From Longimicrobiales bacterium (GTDB lineage Bacteria > Gemmatimonadota > Gemmatimonadetes > Longimicrobiales > Gaopeijiaceae), in the NCBI GenBank assembly GCA_965249725.1, contig OZ252251.1, forward strand, positions 416,001 through 480,000: a DNA stretch of 64,000 nucleotides. Reading direction: 5' to 3'. The position numbers and the translations under genes were made by a program. The notes below the pieces were generated by a model. It was not told where the DNA came from. It saw only the letters and a program-made list of their open reading frames with translations, and searched no databases. This document shows, one piece after another, positions 9,509 to 18,909 of this stretch (within the stretch, counting starts at the first letter, position 1; every line of letters begins with the position of its first letter).

Positions 9509-11065
9509 ATGACCGAATCTCCTTCGGCCGAATCAGGGAGTGGCGGCGTGCCCGGCGGGCTGCCCGGCGGGCTTCACGGCGGGCTTCACGGCGGGTTTCA
9601 CGGCGGGCTTCACGGCGAGGTTCACGGCGGCGCCTTGCGCGACAAGCGGCTCTTCCTGGGCAGTTGCATCGCGCTCATCGCCACGTCGGTTGCGTTCGCC
9701 ACCGTGGGCGCCATCATGCTGGCCTTGAAGCGAGAGTTTGTTCTGACCAATCAGGAGGTGGGGTGGATCGGTGGGGCGGCCCTGTGGGGATTCGCGGTGT
9801 CGCAGCTCGTCTTCGCGCCGCTGTGCGACACGTTGGGGATGCGCTTTCTGCTCAGGCTCTCGTTTCTGGGGCACCTAGCCGGCACTCTCGTCATGATGAT
9901 GGCGGGAGGCTTCTGGATGCTGTTCGGCGGAGCCCTGATCATAGCTATGGCGAACGGCCTGGTGGAGGCGGCCTGCAACCCGTTGGTGGCCAGCCTCTAT
10001 CCCGACAACAAGACCGTGAAGCTGAACCAGTTCCACGTCTGGTTCCCGGGTGGAGTCGTGCTCGGCGGGCTCGCCAGCTTCGGGCTGGACGCCGTAGGTG
10101 TGGGGGCCTGGCAGCTCAAGCTCGGCCTGATCCTGATCCCGACGCTGGTCTATGGGTGGCTGCTGCTCACGCAGCCATTCCCGTCCACGGAAGGCGTGCG
10201 GGCCGGGGTCAGCGTGGGGGAGATGTTCAAGGCCGCGTTCGCGACGCCTCTCATGTGGATCATGCTCTTCGCCATGGCGCTGACCGCCTCCGTGGAGTTG
10301 GGCCCCAACCGTTGGGTGCCGGCCGTGCTCGGGGCCGGCGGCATGGCCGGGATCCTCATCCTGGTGTGGATCAACGGGCTTATGGCCGTGCTGCGCTACC
10401 GGGCGGGCCCCGTGGTCGAGCAGCTCTCACCGACGGGAGTTCTCTTGGCCTCGGCGGTGCTCTCGGGAGTGGGTCTCCTGGGATTGAGCCTGGGAGGCGC
10501 GGGGTGGGCCACGTTCGGATCAGCCACGGTGTTTGCCGTCGGTGTCTGCTACTTCTGGCCCACCATGCTGGGGGTGGTCTCCGAGCGGGTGCCACGGAGC
10601 GGCGCCCTGGGACTGGGCCTCATGGGCACGGTGGGCATGGCCACCGTGGGGCTGGTAACGTCGCCCACCATGGGTGGGATCGCTGATCGGTACGCCCACG
10701 AGCGGTTTCCCGTCGAGGCGACGGTGGCTCTGCTCGAGTCCAGTGCGACGGCTCTCGGCTCGGGCGACTCCGACGCGCGGGATGCGGCCCAGGCTGCCGG
10801 CTCAGTCGTGTCTGACTACAGAAGCGCCGGGTCTCTTCCCACACCCGCGACCGCGAACGCGCTTCGAGCCGTCATCGCCTCGGACGCCTCGCTGGAATTG
10901 GTTGCTGCGGCCCAGGCGGTTCTCGGGCCGGCGGACAACTACGGCGGCCGGATCTCGTTCCGCTACGTGGTGCCGCTGTGCGGGGTCCTGACGCTGATCT
11001 TCGGAACGCTCTACTTCAGGGATCGACGGGCCGGCGGATATGTCGTCGAGAGGATCGGGGCGTGA
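9509..11065 (+). CDS. MFS transporter (sugar/glycoside)
   Basis: About 12 TM segments; NGLVEAACNPLV, FHVWFPGG, YFWPTMLG. Confidence 0.88.
   Translation: MTESPSAESGSGGVPGGLPGGLHGGLHGGFHGGLHGEVHGGALRDKRLFLGSCIALIATSVAFATVGAIMLALKREFVLTNQEVGWIGGAALWGFAVSQLVFAPLCDTLGMRFLLRLSFLGHLAGTLVMMMAGGFWMLFGGALIIAMANGLVEAACNPLVASLYPDNKTVKLNQFHVWFPGGVVLGGLASFGLDAVGVGAWQLKLGLILIPTLVYGWLLLTQPFPSTEGVRAGVSVGEMFKAAFATPLMWIMLFAMALTASVELGPNRWVPAVLGAGGMAGILILVWINGLMAVLRYRAGPVVEQLSPTGVLLASAVLSGVGLLGLSLGGAGWATFGSATVFAVGVCYFWPTMLGVVSERVPRSGALGLGLMGTVGMATVGLVTSPTMGGIADRYAHERFPVEATVALLESSATALGSGDSDARDAAQAAGSVVSDYRSAGSLPTPATANALRAVIASDASLELVAAAQAVLGPADNYGGRISFRYVVPLCGVLTLIFGTLYFRDRRAGGYVVERIGA
9542..9631 (+). repeat. 12-bp degenerate tandem repeat x~7 (ggcgggcttcac)
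   Basis: Encodes GGVP GGLP GGLH GGLH GGFH GGLH GEVH at the MFS N-terminus. Confidence 0.9.
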
Positions 11066-12288
11066 CGCCCGTGCGGTATGGCATGGTGGGGGGCGGTCCC
11101 GACGCCTTCATTGGACCGGTGCACCGGATGGCTGCGGCCTTGGACGGGCAGTTCGAGCTCGTGGCCGGCGCGTTCTCCTCGGACGCCGAGCGCTCGAGAC
11201 AGACCGGGGCGGAGTTGGGGCTGGATCCGGATAGGACCTACGGCTCCTACGAAGAAATGGCTCGGGCCGAGGGTGCGCTTCCCTCCGATCAGCGCATCGA
11301 GGTCGTCGCCATCGTCACCCCGAACCACCTCCACTATCCGGTGGCTCGAGCGTTTCTCGAGGCCTACATCCACGTCATCTGCGACAAACCGCTCACGACA
11401 ACCTTGGAGGATGCGGAGACCCTCTGCCGTCTCGCCTCTGAGAGCAATCGTGTCTTCGCGGTGACCCACAACTACACGGGTTACCCCATGGTGAAGGAGG
11501 CGCGCGAGCGGGTGCGGTCGGGTGCCCTGGGGACCGTGCGGAAGGTGGTCGTGGAGTACTCGCAGGGCTGGCTCGCCACCCTGCTGGAGCGGGAGGGCCA
11601 CAAGCAGGCCGAGTGGCGAGGCGACCCCTCACGGGCGGGTATCTCTTCCGCCTTGGGGGACATCGGATGCCACGCCCACAACCTGGCCCGCTATGTGACC
11701 GGGCTCGAGATCGAGGAGCTCCTCGCGGATCTTGGGACGGTCGTATCGGGCCGGGCCCTCGAGGACGACGCGACGCTGCTTCTCCACTACGAGGGCGGTG
11801 CGAGAGGCCTCCTTTTCGCCTCTCAGATCGCGACGGGGGAGCGCAATCATCTTCGTCTCCGCGTATACGGATCCGAGGGAGGTCTGGACTGGGGTCAGGA
11901 GTCGCCCGACCGGCTCAGGCTCCGATCGCAGGACGGAACCGAAATGGTGCTCTATGTGGGTGGGGCGAACCTCTCGGATCGAACTCAGGCTCACACCAGG
12001 TTGCCGGGGGGGCATCCCGAGGGGTTCATCGAGGCGTTCGCGAATCTCTACCGCAACGTCGCGCGAACGGTACGCAACCGCACGAGCTGGTCCGAGTCGG
12101 GTCCCTTCGACGACGATTTCCCCACCGTGCAGGATGGAGCGCGGGGCGTGCACTTCATCGAGGCCGCCGTGGAGAGCGGTCAGACTGGGGCGTGGGTGTC
12201 GGGGTCCTACGAGCCTCCTGGATCCTACGAGCCTCCCGGATCCAGCGGACCTTCTGGATCCGATCAGCCGTCTGGAGAGGAGGAATAG
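11062..12288 (+). CDS. Cytoplasmic Gfo/Idh/MocA oxidoreductase
   Basis: GTGA overlap; [35 protein letters not shown]. Confidence 0.92.
   Translation: MTPVRYGMVGGGPDAFIGPVHRMAAALDGQFELVAGAFSSDAERSRQTGAELGLDPDRTYGSYEEMARAEGALPSDQRIEVVAIVTPNHLHYPVARAFLEAYIHVICDKPLTTTLEDAETLCRLASESNRVFAVTHNYTGYPMVKEARERVRSGALGTVRKVVVEYSQGWLATLLEREGHKQAEWRGDPSRAGISSALGDIGCHAHNLARYVTGLEIEELLADLGTVVSGRALEDDATLLLHYEGGARGLLFASQIATGERNHLRLRVYGSEGGLDWGQESPDRLRLRSQDGTEMVLYVGGANLSDRTQAHTRLPGGHPEGFIEAFANLYRNVARTVRNRTSWSESGPFDDDFPTVQDGARGVHFIEAAVESGQTGAWVSGSYEPPGSYEPPGSSGPSGSDQPSGEEE
12202..12276 (+). repeat. 18-bp degenerate tandem repeat x4
   Basis: Encodes [24 protein letters not shown] at the Gfo C-terminus. Confidence 0.85.
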
Positions 12289-12291
12289 CCC

Positions 12292-13296
12292 ATGACCCGA
12301 CCGGTAACCCTCTTCACCGGCCAGTGGGCCGATCTACCCCTGGAAGAGCTCTGTCGCAAAGCCGCAGAGTGGGGATACGACGGCTTGGAACTAGCGTGCT
12401 GGGGCGATCACTTCGACGTCGTGCGTGGCGCAGAGGACGAGGCCTACTGCCAAGAGCGCCGGGCGCTCCTCGAGTCACACGGACTGAAGGTATGGGCGAT
12501 CAGCAACCACCTGGTCGGACAGGCCGTCGCCGACGTGGTGGATGAGCGCCACCGGGATATCCTCCCCACACATGTGTGGGGGGACGGTGACCCCGAGGGA
12601 GTCCGTGTTCGCGCCGCGGAGGAGATGAAGCTCACCGCCCGCGCCGCGGCCAACATGGGGCTCCAGGTGGTGAACGGGTTCACCGGAAGTCCGGTCTGGC
12701 CGCTCCTCTATTCGTTTCCTCCGGTGAAACCGGAGACCATCGAGCGGGGCTTTGCCGAGTTTGCGACACTCTGGAATCCGATTCTCGACGTGTTCGACGA
12801 GGTCGGCGTGCGGTTTGCGCTGGAGGTGCATCCTACCGAAATCGCCTTCGACATCGTCACTGCCGAGCGGGCGCTGGAGGCCGTCGGGTACCGGGAGACC
12901 TTCGGGTTCAACTACGACCCGTCCCACCTGGCCTACCAGGGCGTGGACTGTGTCGGGTTCATCGACCGCTTCGAGTCCCGCATCTTCCACGTCCATATGA
13001 AGGACGTGTGGTGGTCCGAGACCGCCATGCCCTCCGGAGTCTTCGGGGGACATCTACCGTTTGGAGATGCGGACCGATTCTGGGACTTCCGATCGCTGGG
13101 CCGGGGCCGCGTGCCCTTCGAGGAGGTCGTTCGGGCTCTGAACCGAGCCGGATACCAGGGGCCTTTGTCGGTCGAGTGGGAGGATCCGGGAATGGACCGG
13201 GAGCACGGAGCCGCGGAGGCCTGCCGCTTCGTTCGCGAGATCGAATTTCCGCCCTCGGACACGGCCTTCGACGCCGCGTTTCAGGGCGAGGAATAG
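12292..13296 (+). CDS. Sugar phosphate isomerase/epimerase (xylose isomerase-like TIM barrel)
   Basis: [31 protein letters not shown] metal-ligand motifs. Confidence 0.92.
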   Translation: MTRPVTLFTGQWADLPLEELCRKAAEWGYDGLELACWGDHFDVVRGAEDEAYCQERRALLESHGLKVWAISNHLVGQAVADVVDERHRDILPTHVWGDGDPEGVRVRAAEEMKLTARAAANMGLQVVNGFTGSPVWPLLYSFPPVKPETIERGFAEFATLWNPILDVFDEVGVRFALEVHPTEIAFDIVTAERALEAVGYRETFGFNYDPSHLAYQGVDCVGFIDRFESRIFHVHMKDVWWSETAMPSGVFGGHLPFGDADRFWDFRSLGRGRVPFEEVVRALNRAGYQGPLSVEWEDPGMDREHGAAEACRFVREIEFPPSDTAFDAAFQGEE

Positions 13297-13404
13297 GTCC
13301 CGTCCGCCCTCGAAATCCAGTACCACACCAAAGGCACAGGCCGGCCGGCCGAGGGTATATTTCTGATACGCACCGGTTCCATCCTCTATCGTCGAGGATC
13401 CACC

Positions 13405-14274
13405 ATGCTTACCAAGCACTATTCCCGATATGTAGTCGCCCTGGCTGCGGCACTTCTCATCCTGCCCGCGGCGCTCTCTGCTCAGCCGAGGGCCAGCGAG
13501 CGTGCTACGGTCAACCAGATCGTGAACGGCACGAGCATCACGTTCGACTTCAGTCGTCCGGTCGCTCGCGGCAGGGATCACCTCTTCGGGGGTGTCGTTC
13601 ACTGGGGCGAGCTCTGGACGCCCGGAGCGAACTGGGCCACCACCCTTGAGGTGGACCATGACGTCAAGCTGAACGGCCACGCCGTCCCCGCGGGCAAGTA
13701 CTCGGTCTGGATCCGGGTGCAACCGGAGGAGTGGACAGTCTTCCTCAATGACGAGACCAGGCTCTACCACGACACGCCGGTCTCTGAGGACAAGCACCTG
13801 CTCAGCTTCGCGGCGACTCCCATGGAGGGACCGCACATGGAGGCCTTGGCGTGGTACTTCCCGTCGGTAGGCCCCATGGACGCCGAAATCCGCGTGCATT
13901 GGGGGACTACCTACCTGCCCCTCACCATCGAGACGCTTCCGTTCAAGGCGGCGACACTTTCCGCCAAGGAACGGGCGAAGTTCGTGGGCAAGTATCAGGT
14001 GTTCGGAATGGACCCGACGACCGAGGGTCCGTTGTCGTTGGTGCTCGAGATCACCGAGAACGGTGAAGAACTCGCCGGTATGTGGGGTAGGGCCCCCCTC
14101 GACCTGATCCCCAACGGGGAAGGTGAGCTGATGCTGGGCTTCCTGCGGAATGGAGCGCTCTTCGACGTCGCCCCCGAGATGACGATACGTGTGGTCGAAG
14201 AGGGTGACCGCGAGGGTGGTATCGACCTGCTCTGGGAAGGCTGGGAGTTCGCGCAGGGCGACCCGATTCCCTAG
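13405..14274 (+). CDS. DUF2911 domain exported protein with a C-terminal extension
   Basis: Signal peptide; SRPVARGR..LFG..V..G.LWTPGAN, PAGKYS. Confidence 0.85.
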   Translation: MLTKHYSRYVVALAAALLILPAALSAQPRASERATVNQIVNGTSITFDFSRPVARGRDHLFGGVVHWGELWTPGANWATTLEVDHDVKLNGHAVPAGKYSVWIRVQPEEWTVFLNDETRLYHDTPVSEDKHLLSFAATPMEGPHMEALAWYFPSVGPMDAEIRVHWGTTYLPLTIETLPFKAATLSAKERAKFVGKYQVFGMDPTTEGPLSLVLEITENGEELAGMWGRAPLDLIPNGEGELMLGFLRNGALFDVAPEMTIRVVEEGDREGGIDLLWEGWEFAQGDPIP

Positions 14275-14303
14275 GGGAATCCGAGGCGAGGGGCCTTGCG
14301 GGC

Positions 14304-16544
14304 CTAGAGCCCCAGGGTCAGCGTCGGGGAGTACTTGAGCAGCAGCGTGCGCCGGTCGCTCAGCGGGCGAACCGGATTGAATGAAAACCGATCTGTTACC
14401 AGGCCTTCATTCCAGACCAGGTACAGATCGGTTCCTTCTTTGGGGTTGTAGCGCAGCCTCAGGTTGACGGTGACCGCGTTGGCCGCGCTGCTGTACTGGA
14501 TCAGTGCGCCTGAGCTGATCCGTGTGTCCAGGCGGGCGTCGGTGCGTACTCGGAAGATGTGGGCAGTGAACCCCTCATTGCGCTCTTCGAAGTCGACGTT
14601 TTCTATCTGGTACGTGCCCTCGAATTCGAAGTGCTTGGAGGGGGTCCATGTGCCCCTGACGGAGGCCGACGTGCGCTGCCCGTCGAAGAAGCCGCCGGCT
14701 TCCGCCGACAGGCTCGTGCGGAACATCGAACTCGAGGACTGCCGGAACTCTACCCTCGCGGCTGTGAAGTCGTACTCGCCCTCCGGGACGCCCGATGCTC
14801 CGGGCAGGGAGAAGCCGCGGTCGAGATCCTCGTGTGTGGCGCGCACGGTGGCAGTGAACTCGTGCCCCGACTTCATCTCCACGACCAGCTCGGGCACCAG
14901 TTCGGCAGTTTCGATGGACCCGTCCTCTGAGCGGCGGTACGCCGTGCCGCCTGCTCGGACACCGGCGGAAAGCACGCTCGATTCGACCCCCGGTCGCCAG
15001 CCGTATCCCACCTGGGTGGCCCCCTTGGTGTAGTTGCGGCGAAACATGAAACCGAGTCCCGGCTCGAACGTCTCGCCAGACCGGGTGAGGTCGAACTCGT
15101 AGTTGAGACCGTCGATGCCGCGCCGCTGCCAGAAGACACGCGCCAGGCTGCGATCGAGGAATCCCTCCGCTCCCTCCACGTTGGGGTCGAAGCTCTGTGC
15201 CCAATTCAGGGTGACGTAGTCCTCCCCGAACACGCGTAGCAGTGCGTCCAGGCCGTACACGACGTTTTCGCTCGCCGCGTTGCCCAAGCGCGTGGTCAGA
15301 ATACCGCCGACGAAGGAGTTCTCGTTCAGCACGCGGCGACGCATACGGAGCACGCCCAGGTTCTCAGACGAGGCACCCGGCTCGGCGGCCGCCGTCTGCA
15401 TGTCCAACCCGGCGATGTCCCAATCTCCGATGCGGCCGACGAGACGGCTGCCCCCGTAGATCCTCACCCGCTCACCGTCGGCGAGGCCCATCTGCCTGGA
15501 GTGGAAGAGGCGCTCCACGCCTCCGAGGGAGTAGTCGAAGACGTTGCTGCGTTCCTGGAAGAAGGCCCTCTTCTCGGGAAAGAAGAGTGAGAAGCGGGTG
15601 AGATTCACCTGCTGATTGTCGGCCTCGACCTGCGCGAAGTCCGTGTTCCCGGTGAAGTCCAGCGTGAGGTTGGAGGTGATGCCGTACTTTACGTCCAGCC
15701 CCACCTCGGTCAGGGCGTCGCGGTCGCGGTCGTAGCCCGTCTGGTCGGCGTTGGGGCTGTTACTGTGCCCCCGACCGACGATGCCGTAGGGCGTGACGTA
15801 CAGCGGATCGGAGCGCCTGGCTCCGTGGATCACGACTTCTCGCGTCTGAGACGCCTTGTATGCACTGAACCCGCCCCACTGCGGAGAGATGGCCGGGAAG
15901 GTCGAGAACTCGTTCTTACGAGCGATCACACGGACGAGAGACAGACCCATGACGACTCCGGCCTCCGACTGCTGGAACCGGAGGCTCGTGAACGGGATCC
16001 GGATCTCGGCGTACCATCCGCGATCATCCTGTGAGGCCGCTGCGTCCCAGTAGGTGTTCCAGTTGAAGTTGGCCCCCGCCTCTGTGTCGTTGGCGAAGAT
16101 CATGTCCGTCCGCAGCCCGGCAGGGGTCGTGCCGAAGAGCAGCGCGGTCTCCCTGTCGTTGAACGTGTCGAGCATGAGAATGCACCAATCGCTGGCGTAT
16201 CCGCCCAGGTCACGTTCCAGGGATGACGCTCGGACTCCCGCAGGGTCGGAGTCGTACGCACGACACGACACGTAGAGGTACTTCTCGTCGTGGGCCACCC
16301 GGAACTCGGTCGCCTCGCTCGGGGCGAGGCCGAAGTTGGGCGTGTGCATCGTGGCGGGGAAAACGGGCACCGCCTCCCAAGCGGGCTCGTCGACACGCCC
16401 GTCGAGGTCGATCTCTCCCTCCAACAGGGGGATGACGATGCGCTCGAGCGTCCCGGTGGATTGCTGAGCGGTCGCCGACCCGGCGAGGACGAAGGCGAGC
16501 GCGAAGACGGAGAGACGCCAGCTGGACATGCAGACCCGGTGCAC
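14304..16544 (-). CDS. CBM9-like + DUF5916 putative outer-membrane protein (copy 1, divergent)
   Basis: LDGRVDEPAW, AEIRIPFTSLRF, NTDFAQVEAD, FFPEKRAFF; C-terminus LLLKYS. Confidence 0.88.
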   Translation of the reverse strand: MHRVCMSSWRLSVFALAFVLAGSATAQQSTGTLERIVIPLLEGEIDLDGRVDEPAWEAVPVFPATMHTPNFGLAPSEATEFRVAHDEKYLYVSCRAYDSDPAGVRASSLERDLGGYASDWCILMLDTFNDRETALLFGTTPAGLRTDMIFANDTEAGANFNWNTYWDAAASQDDRGWYAEIRIPFTSLRFQQSEAGVVMGLSLVRVIARKNEFSTFPAISPQWGGFSAYKASQTREVVIHGARRSDPLYVTPYGIVGRGHSNSPNADQTGYDRDRDALTEVGLDVKYGITSNLTLDFTGNTDFAQVEADNQQVNLTRFSLFFPEKRAFFQERSNVFDYSLGGVERLFHSRQMGLADGERVRIYGGSRLVGRIGDWDIAGLDMQTAAAEPGASSENLGVLRMRRRVLNENSFVGGILTTRLGNAASENVVYGLDALLRVFGEDYVTLNWAQSFDPNVEGAEGFLDRSLARVFWQRRGIDGLNYEFDLTRSGETFEPGLGFMFRRNYTKGATQVGYGWRPGVESSVLSAGVRAGGTAYRRSEDGSIETAELVPELVVEMKSGHEFTATVRATHEDLDRGFSLPGASGVPEGEYDFTAARVEFRQSSSSMFRTSLSAEAGGFFDGQRTSASVRGTWTPSKHFEFEGTYQIENVDFEERNEGFTAHIFRVRTDARLDTRISSGALIQYSSAANAVTVNLRLRYNPKEGTDLYLVWNEGLVTDRFSFNPVRPLSDRRTLLLKYSPTLTLGL

Positions 16545-16545
16545 C

Positions 16546-18897
16546 CTACATCCGGAAGAGGTAGCTCAGCTTCATGAAGAACCCGTCACCCGTACGCTCC
16601 AGGTCGTCGAAGTGGAACGAGTCCTCTTCGGTAATGCTGCTGCCGTACCCCGCGAAGATCACGGTCCCGGGGCTGGGTTCGTATGAGAAAAGCGCGTCGA
16701 GGCGGAGGTCGTTGTCGGTGAAGCCCAGCGCGCGTTCGAGTTCCCCTTGATCGTTGCGAATGTAGATGGCGGCCTCCGTCCTGGACTGGTCGTGGAGGTC
16801 GTCGATGTTGGTGGCCCGGTACTGCCCCACGAAGCGGAAAAAGATCGCCCGGGTGAGCTGGTACTCCAACTTGAGGCGCGGAATGTCGACCTTCCGTTCC
16901 GCACTCCAATCGTCCGGACGGTAGCCTCTCTGGCTGACCAACCTACCCTCGATGCGGAGCTGATCGGTGGGTCGCCATGTCGCTTGTAGCGTCAGGAAAC
17001 TGATGTAGGCCGAGGCCCACTCGTTGAAGTTCTCGTCCTGACCCCCAATCCAGGAGAAGCTGCCTGTGAAGCGTGAGGAGCTGGGCGTGTTCAGCCTGAG
17101 GGAGATCAGGTAGTTCTGAAGCTCCGGCGTTCCCACGTAAGGCTCGTACACCGTTCCGGTGGGCGTCTGCAGCTCCACGAAGTAGTCCGTGTAGAGGGTC
17201 GCCGGGTAGTAGAATTCCTCGATCAAGACAGACACTCCGAGCCGCCATCCTCCACGGAACACGAAGTTGTTCGCGTATGTGAACCGTATGGCGTCGTCGA
17301 CGCTCCCCCCATTCAAGAAGGTCTCGTACAGCCACGTGTAGGACAGATTGAGGCTCGGCCGATACTGCTCCACCAGTGCCCCTTCGTTACCGTAGAAGGT
17401 GAGGCTGGTCGAGCCCCCGATGCGGACGGTGCCCGAGCGTCGCACGAAGCCGCTCCCGAGGGCCAGATCGTCGTCGTAGGCGGTGAAGCTGGTGTTGAAA
17501 CCGAACCTGCGCCCCGAGCGCCGCAAGCTCACGTCCCACATGTAGGCGTCGTCCGTCTGCCCGTCCTTCCGGTCGAGGGTCACGCCTCCCTGTGCCTGGA
17601 AGTCGTAGTTACCGCCCAGAATGATTCGGCTGTCGATGCCGATCACCCGGTTGTAGTCGGACCCTTCGATCCGGTCGGTGTAGGCGAGCCCGATCGTGGA
17701 CTCGTCTCCGAGGTTGCGCTTGATGCGGAGGATGTTGAAGACGGGGTTGTCCAAGCCGGTCTCAGAGAGCGCCTTGTCGTCTACGGCGGTGAGAAACCCC
17801 ACCTCGGTCCCGGAGATCTTTCCGGTCAGCTTGGCCGCCGCCACGGGGTTCGCGACGCTGCGCGTGTGGATCAGGTTGTTGGGCGTCTGGAAGCTCTCGC
17901 TGCCCTCGAGAAAGAACGGGCGCTTCTCGGGAAAGAAGATGGAGCGTTGCGGGTTGAAGTCGGTCTGTCCGACGTCGGCTTCCACCTGAGAGAAGTCCGG
18001 GTTCACGGTACCGGTCAACGTCAGGTTCCGGGTCAGCCCCCACCGCACGGTACCGCCGAACTCCGGCGTTGATGCGTCGTAGTCCCACCCGGCGTCGGTC
18101 GAGGCTCCCGCCACAGAGCTCGTCACCACCGGGTTGATGTCGAGCACGAGACCCCGATCCATTCCCTGCAGTCCCTTTAGGGTGCCGCTCTGGGCGAGAA
18201 AGGAGGAACGGCCCTGTACTGCCTGTGTCCAGGTCTGGTCCCTGCCGGAGTGCTGGACCCGGCGGATGACGTTGAGTCCCCAGTCCTGGGTCTCTGCCGG
18301 CTGGAAGGAGAGGCTCTTGAAGGGGATGCGCACCTCGACGGCATATCCGTAGTCGGTGACGCGGCCTCGTGAGTCGAATAGATAGTCCGGCGCCAGATCC
18401 ACGGGGCCGGTCGCGGGTCTCGTGGAGCTCGTGGAGCGTTGCGCGCCTCGCTCCACCCGAATGCCGTCAGCCTGCACCCCGAGGGGGTTCACGCCGAAGA
18501 CCAAGGCGCGGCGGCCGTCGTTGAACGGATCGATCAGAAGCTGCAGATGATCGTCGTTCTGGATGTTGTCCCTATCTGCCAACGTCGCATTGACGGCACC
18601 GTGAGGTTCGAAGGCACGGATGCCGAAGTGGATGGCAACAGAGGAGTACCAGACGAGCACCTCGGTCCGGTCGTCCGCGGGCACCCCGTCCATGGGCTGG
18701 TATTGAGAGAAGCCCGTAAGAACGGCTGCCCCGCTCCACACTTCTTCGTCGAGACTCCCATCCACCAGTATCTGCGCTTCGATCCGAGGCGTCGCCACGT
18801 CGAGTTGCGATCGCACACCCTCGTAGGTCTGTGACGCAGCGACCTGGTTCGCAGGACCGGAAGCGACCTGGAGTACAGCGAGTAAGGAGAGAAGCAC
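16546..18897 (-). CDS. CBM9-like + DUF5916 putative outer-membrane protein (copy 2)
   Basis: VDGSLDEEVW, VEVRIPFKSL, NPDFSQVEAD, FFPEKRPFFLEG; ends FFMKLSYLFRM. Confidence 0.9.
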   Translation of the reverse strand: MLLSLLAVLQVASGPANQVAASQTYEGVRSQLDVATPRIEAQILVDGSLDEEVWSGAAVLTGFSQYQPMDGVPADDRTEVLVWYSSVAIHFGIRAFEPHGAVNATLADRDNIQNDDHLQLLIDPFNDGRRALVFGVNPLGVQADGIRVERGAQRSTSSTRPATGPVDLAPDYLFDSRGRVTDYGYAVEVRIPFKSLSFQPAETQDWGLNVIRRVQHSGRDQTWTQAVQGRSSFLAQSGTLKGLQGMDRGLVLDINPVVTSSVAGASTDAGWDYDASTPEFGGTVRWGLTRNLTLTGTVNPDFSQVEADVGQTDFNPQRSIFFPEKRPFFLEGSESFQTPNNLIHTRSVANPVAAAKLTGKISGTEVGFLTAVDDKALSETGLDNPVFNILRIKRNLGDESTIGLAYTDRIEGSDYNRVIGIDSRIILGGNYDFQAQGGVTLDRKDGQTDDAYMWDVSLRRSGRRFGFNTSFTAYDDDLALGSGFVRRSGTVRIGGSTSLTFYGNEGALVEQYRPSLNLSYTWLYETFLNGGSVDDAIRFTYANNFVFRGGWRLGVSVLIEEFYYPATLYTDYFVELQTPTGTVYEPYVGTPELQNYLISLRLNTPSSSRFTGSFSWIGGQDENFNEWASAYISFLTLQATWRPTDQLRIEGRLVSQRGYRPDDWSAERKVDIPRLKLEYQLTRAIFFRFVGQYRATNIDDLHDQSRTEAAIYIRNDQGELERALGFTDNDLRLDALFSYEPSPGTVIFAGYGSSITEEDSFHFDDLERTGDGFFMKLSYLFRM

Positions 18898-18909
18898 GTG
18901 AAGGAGGCT

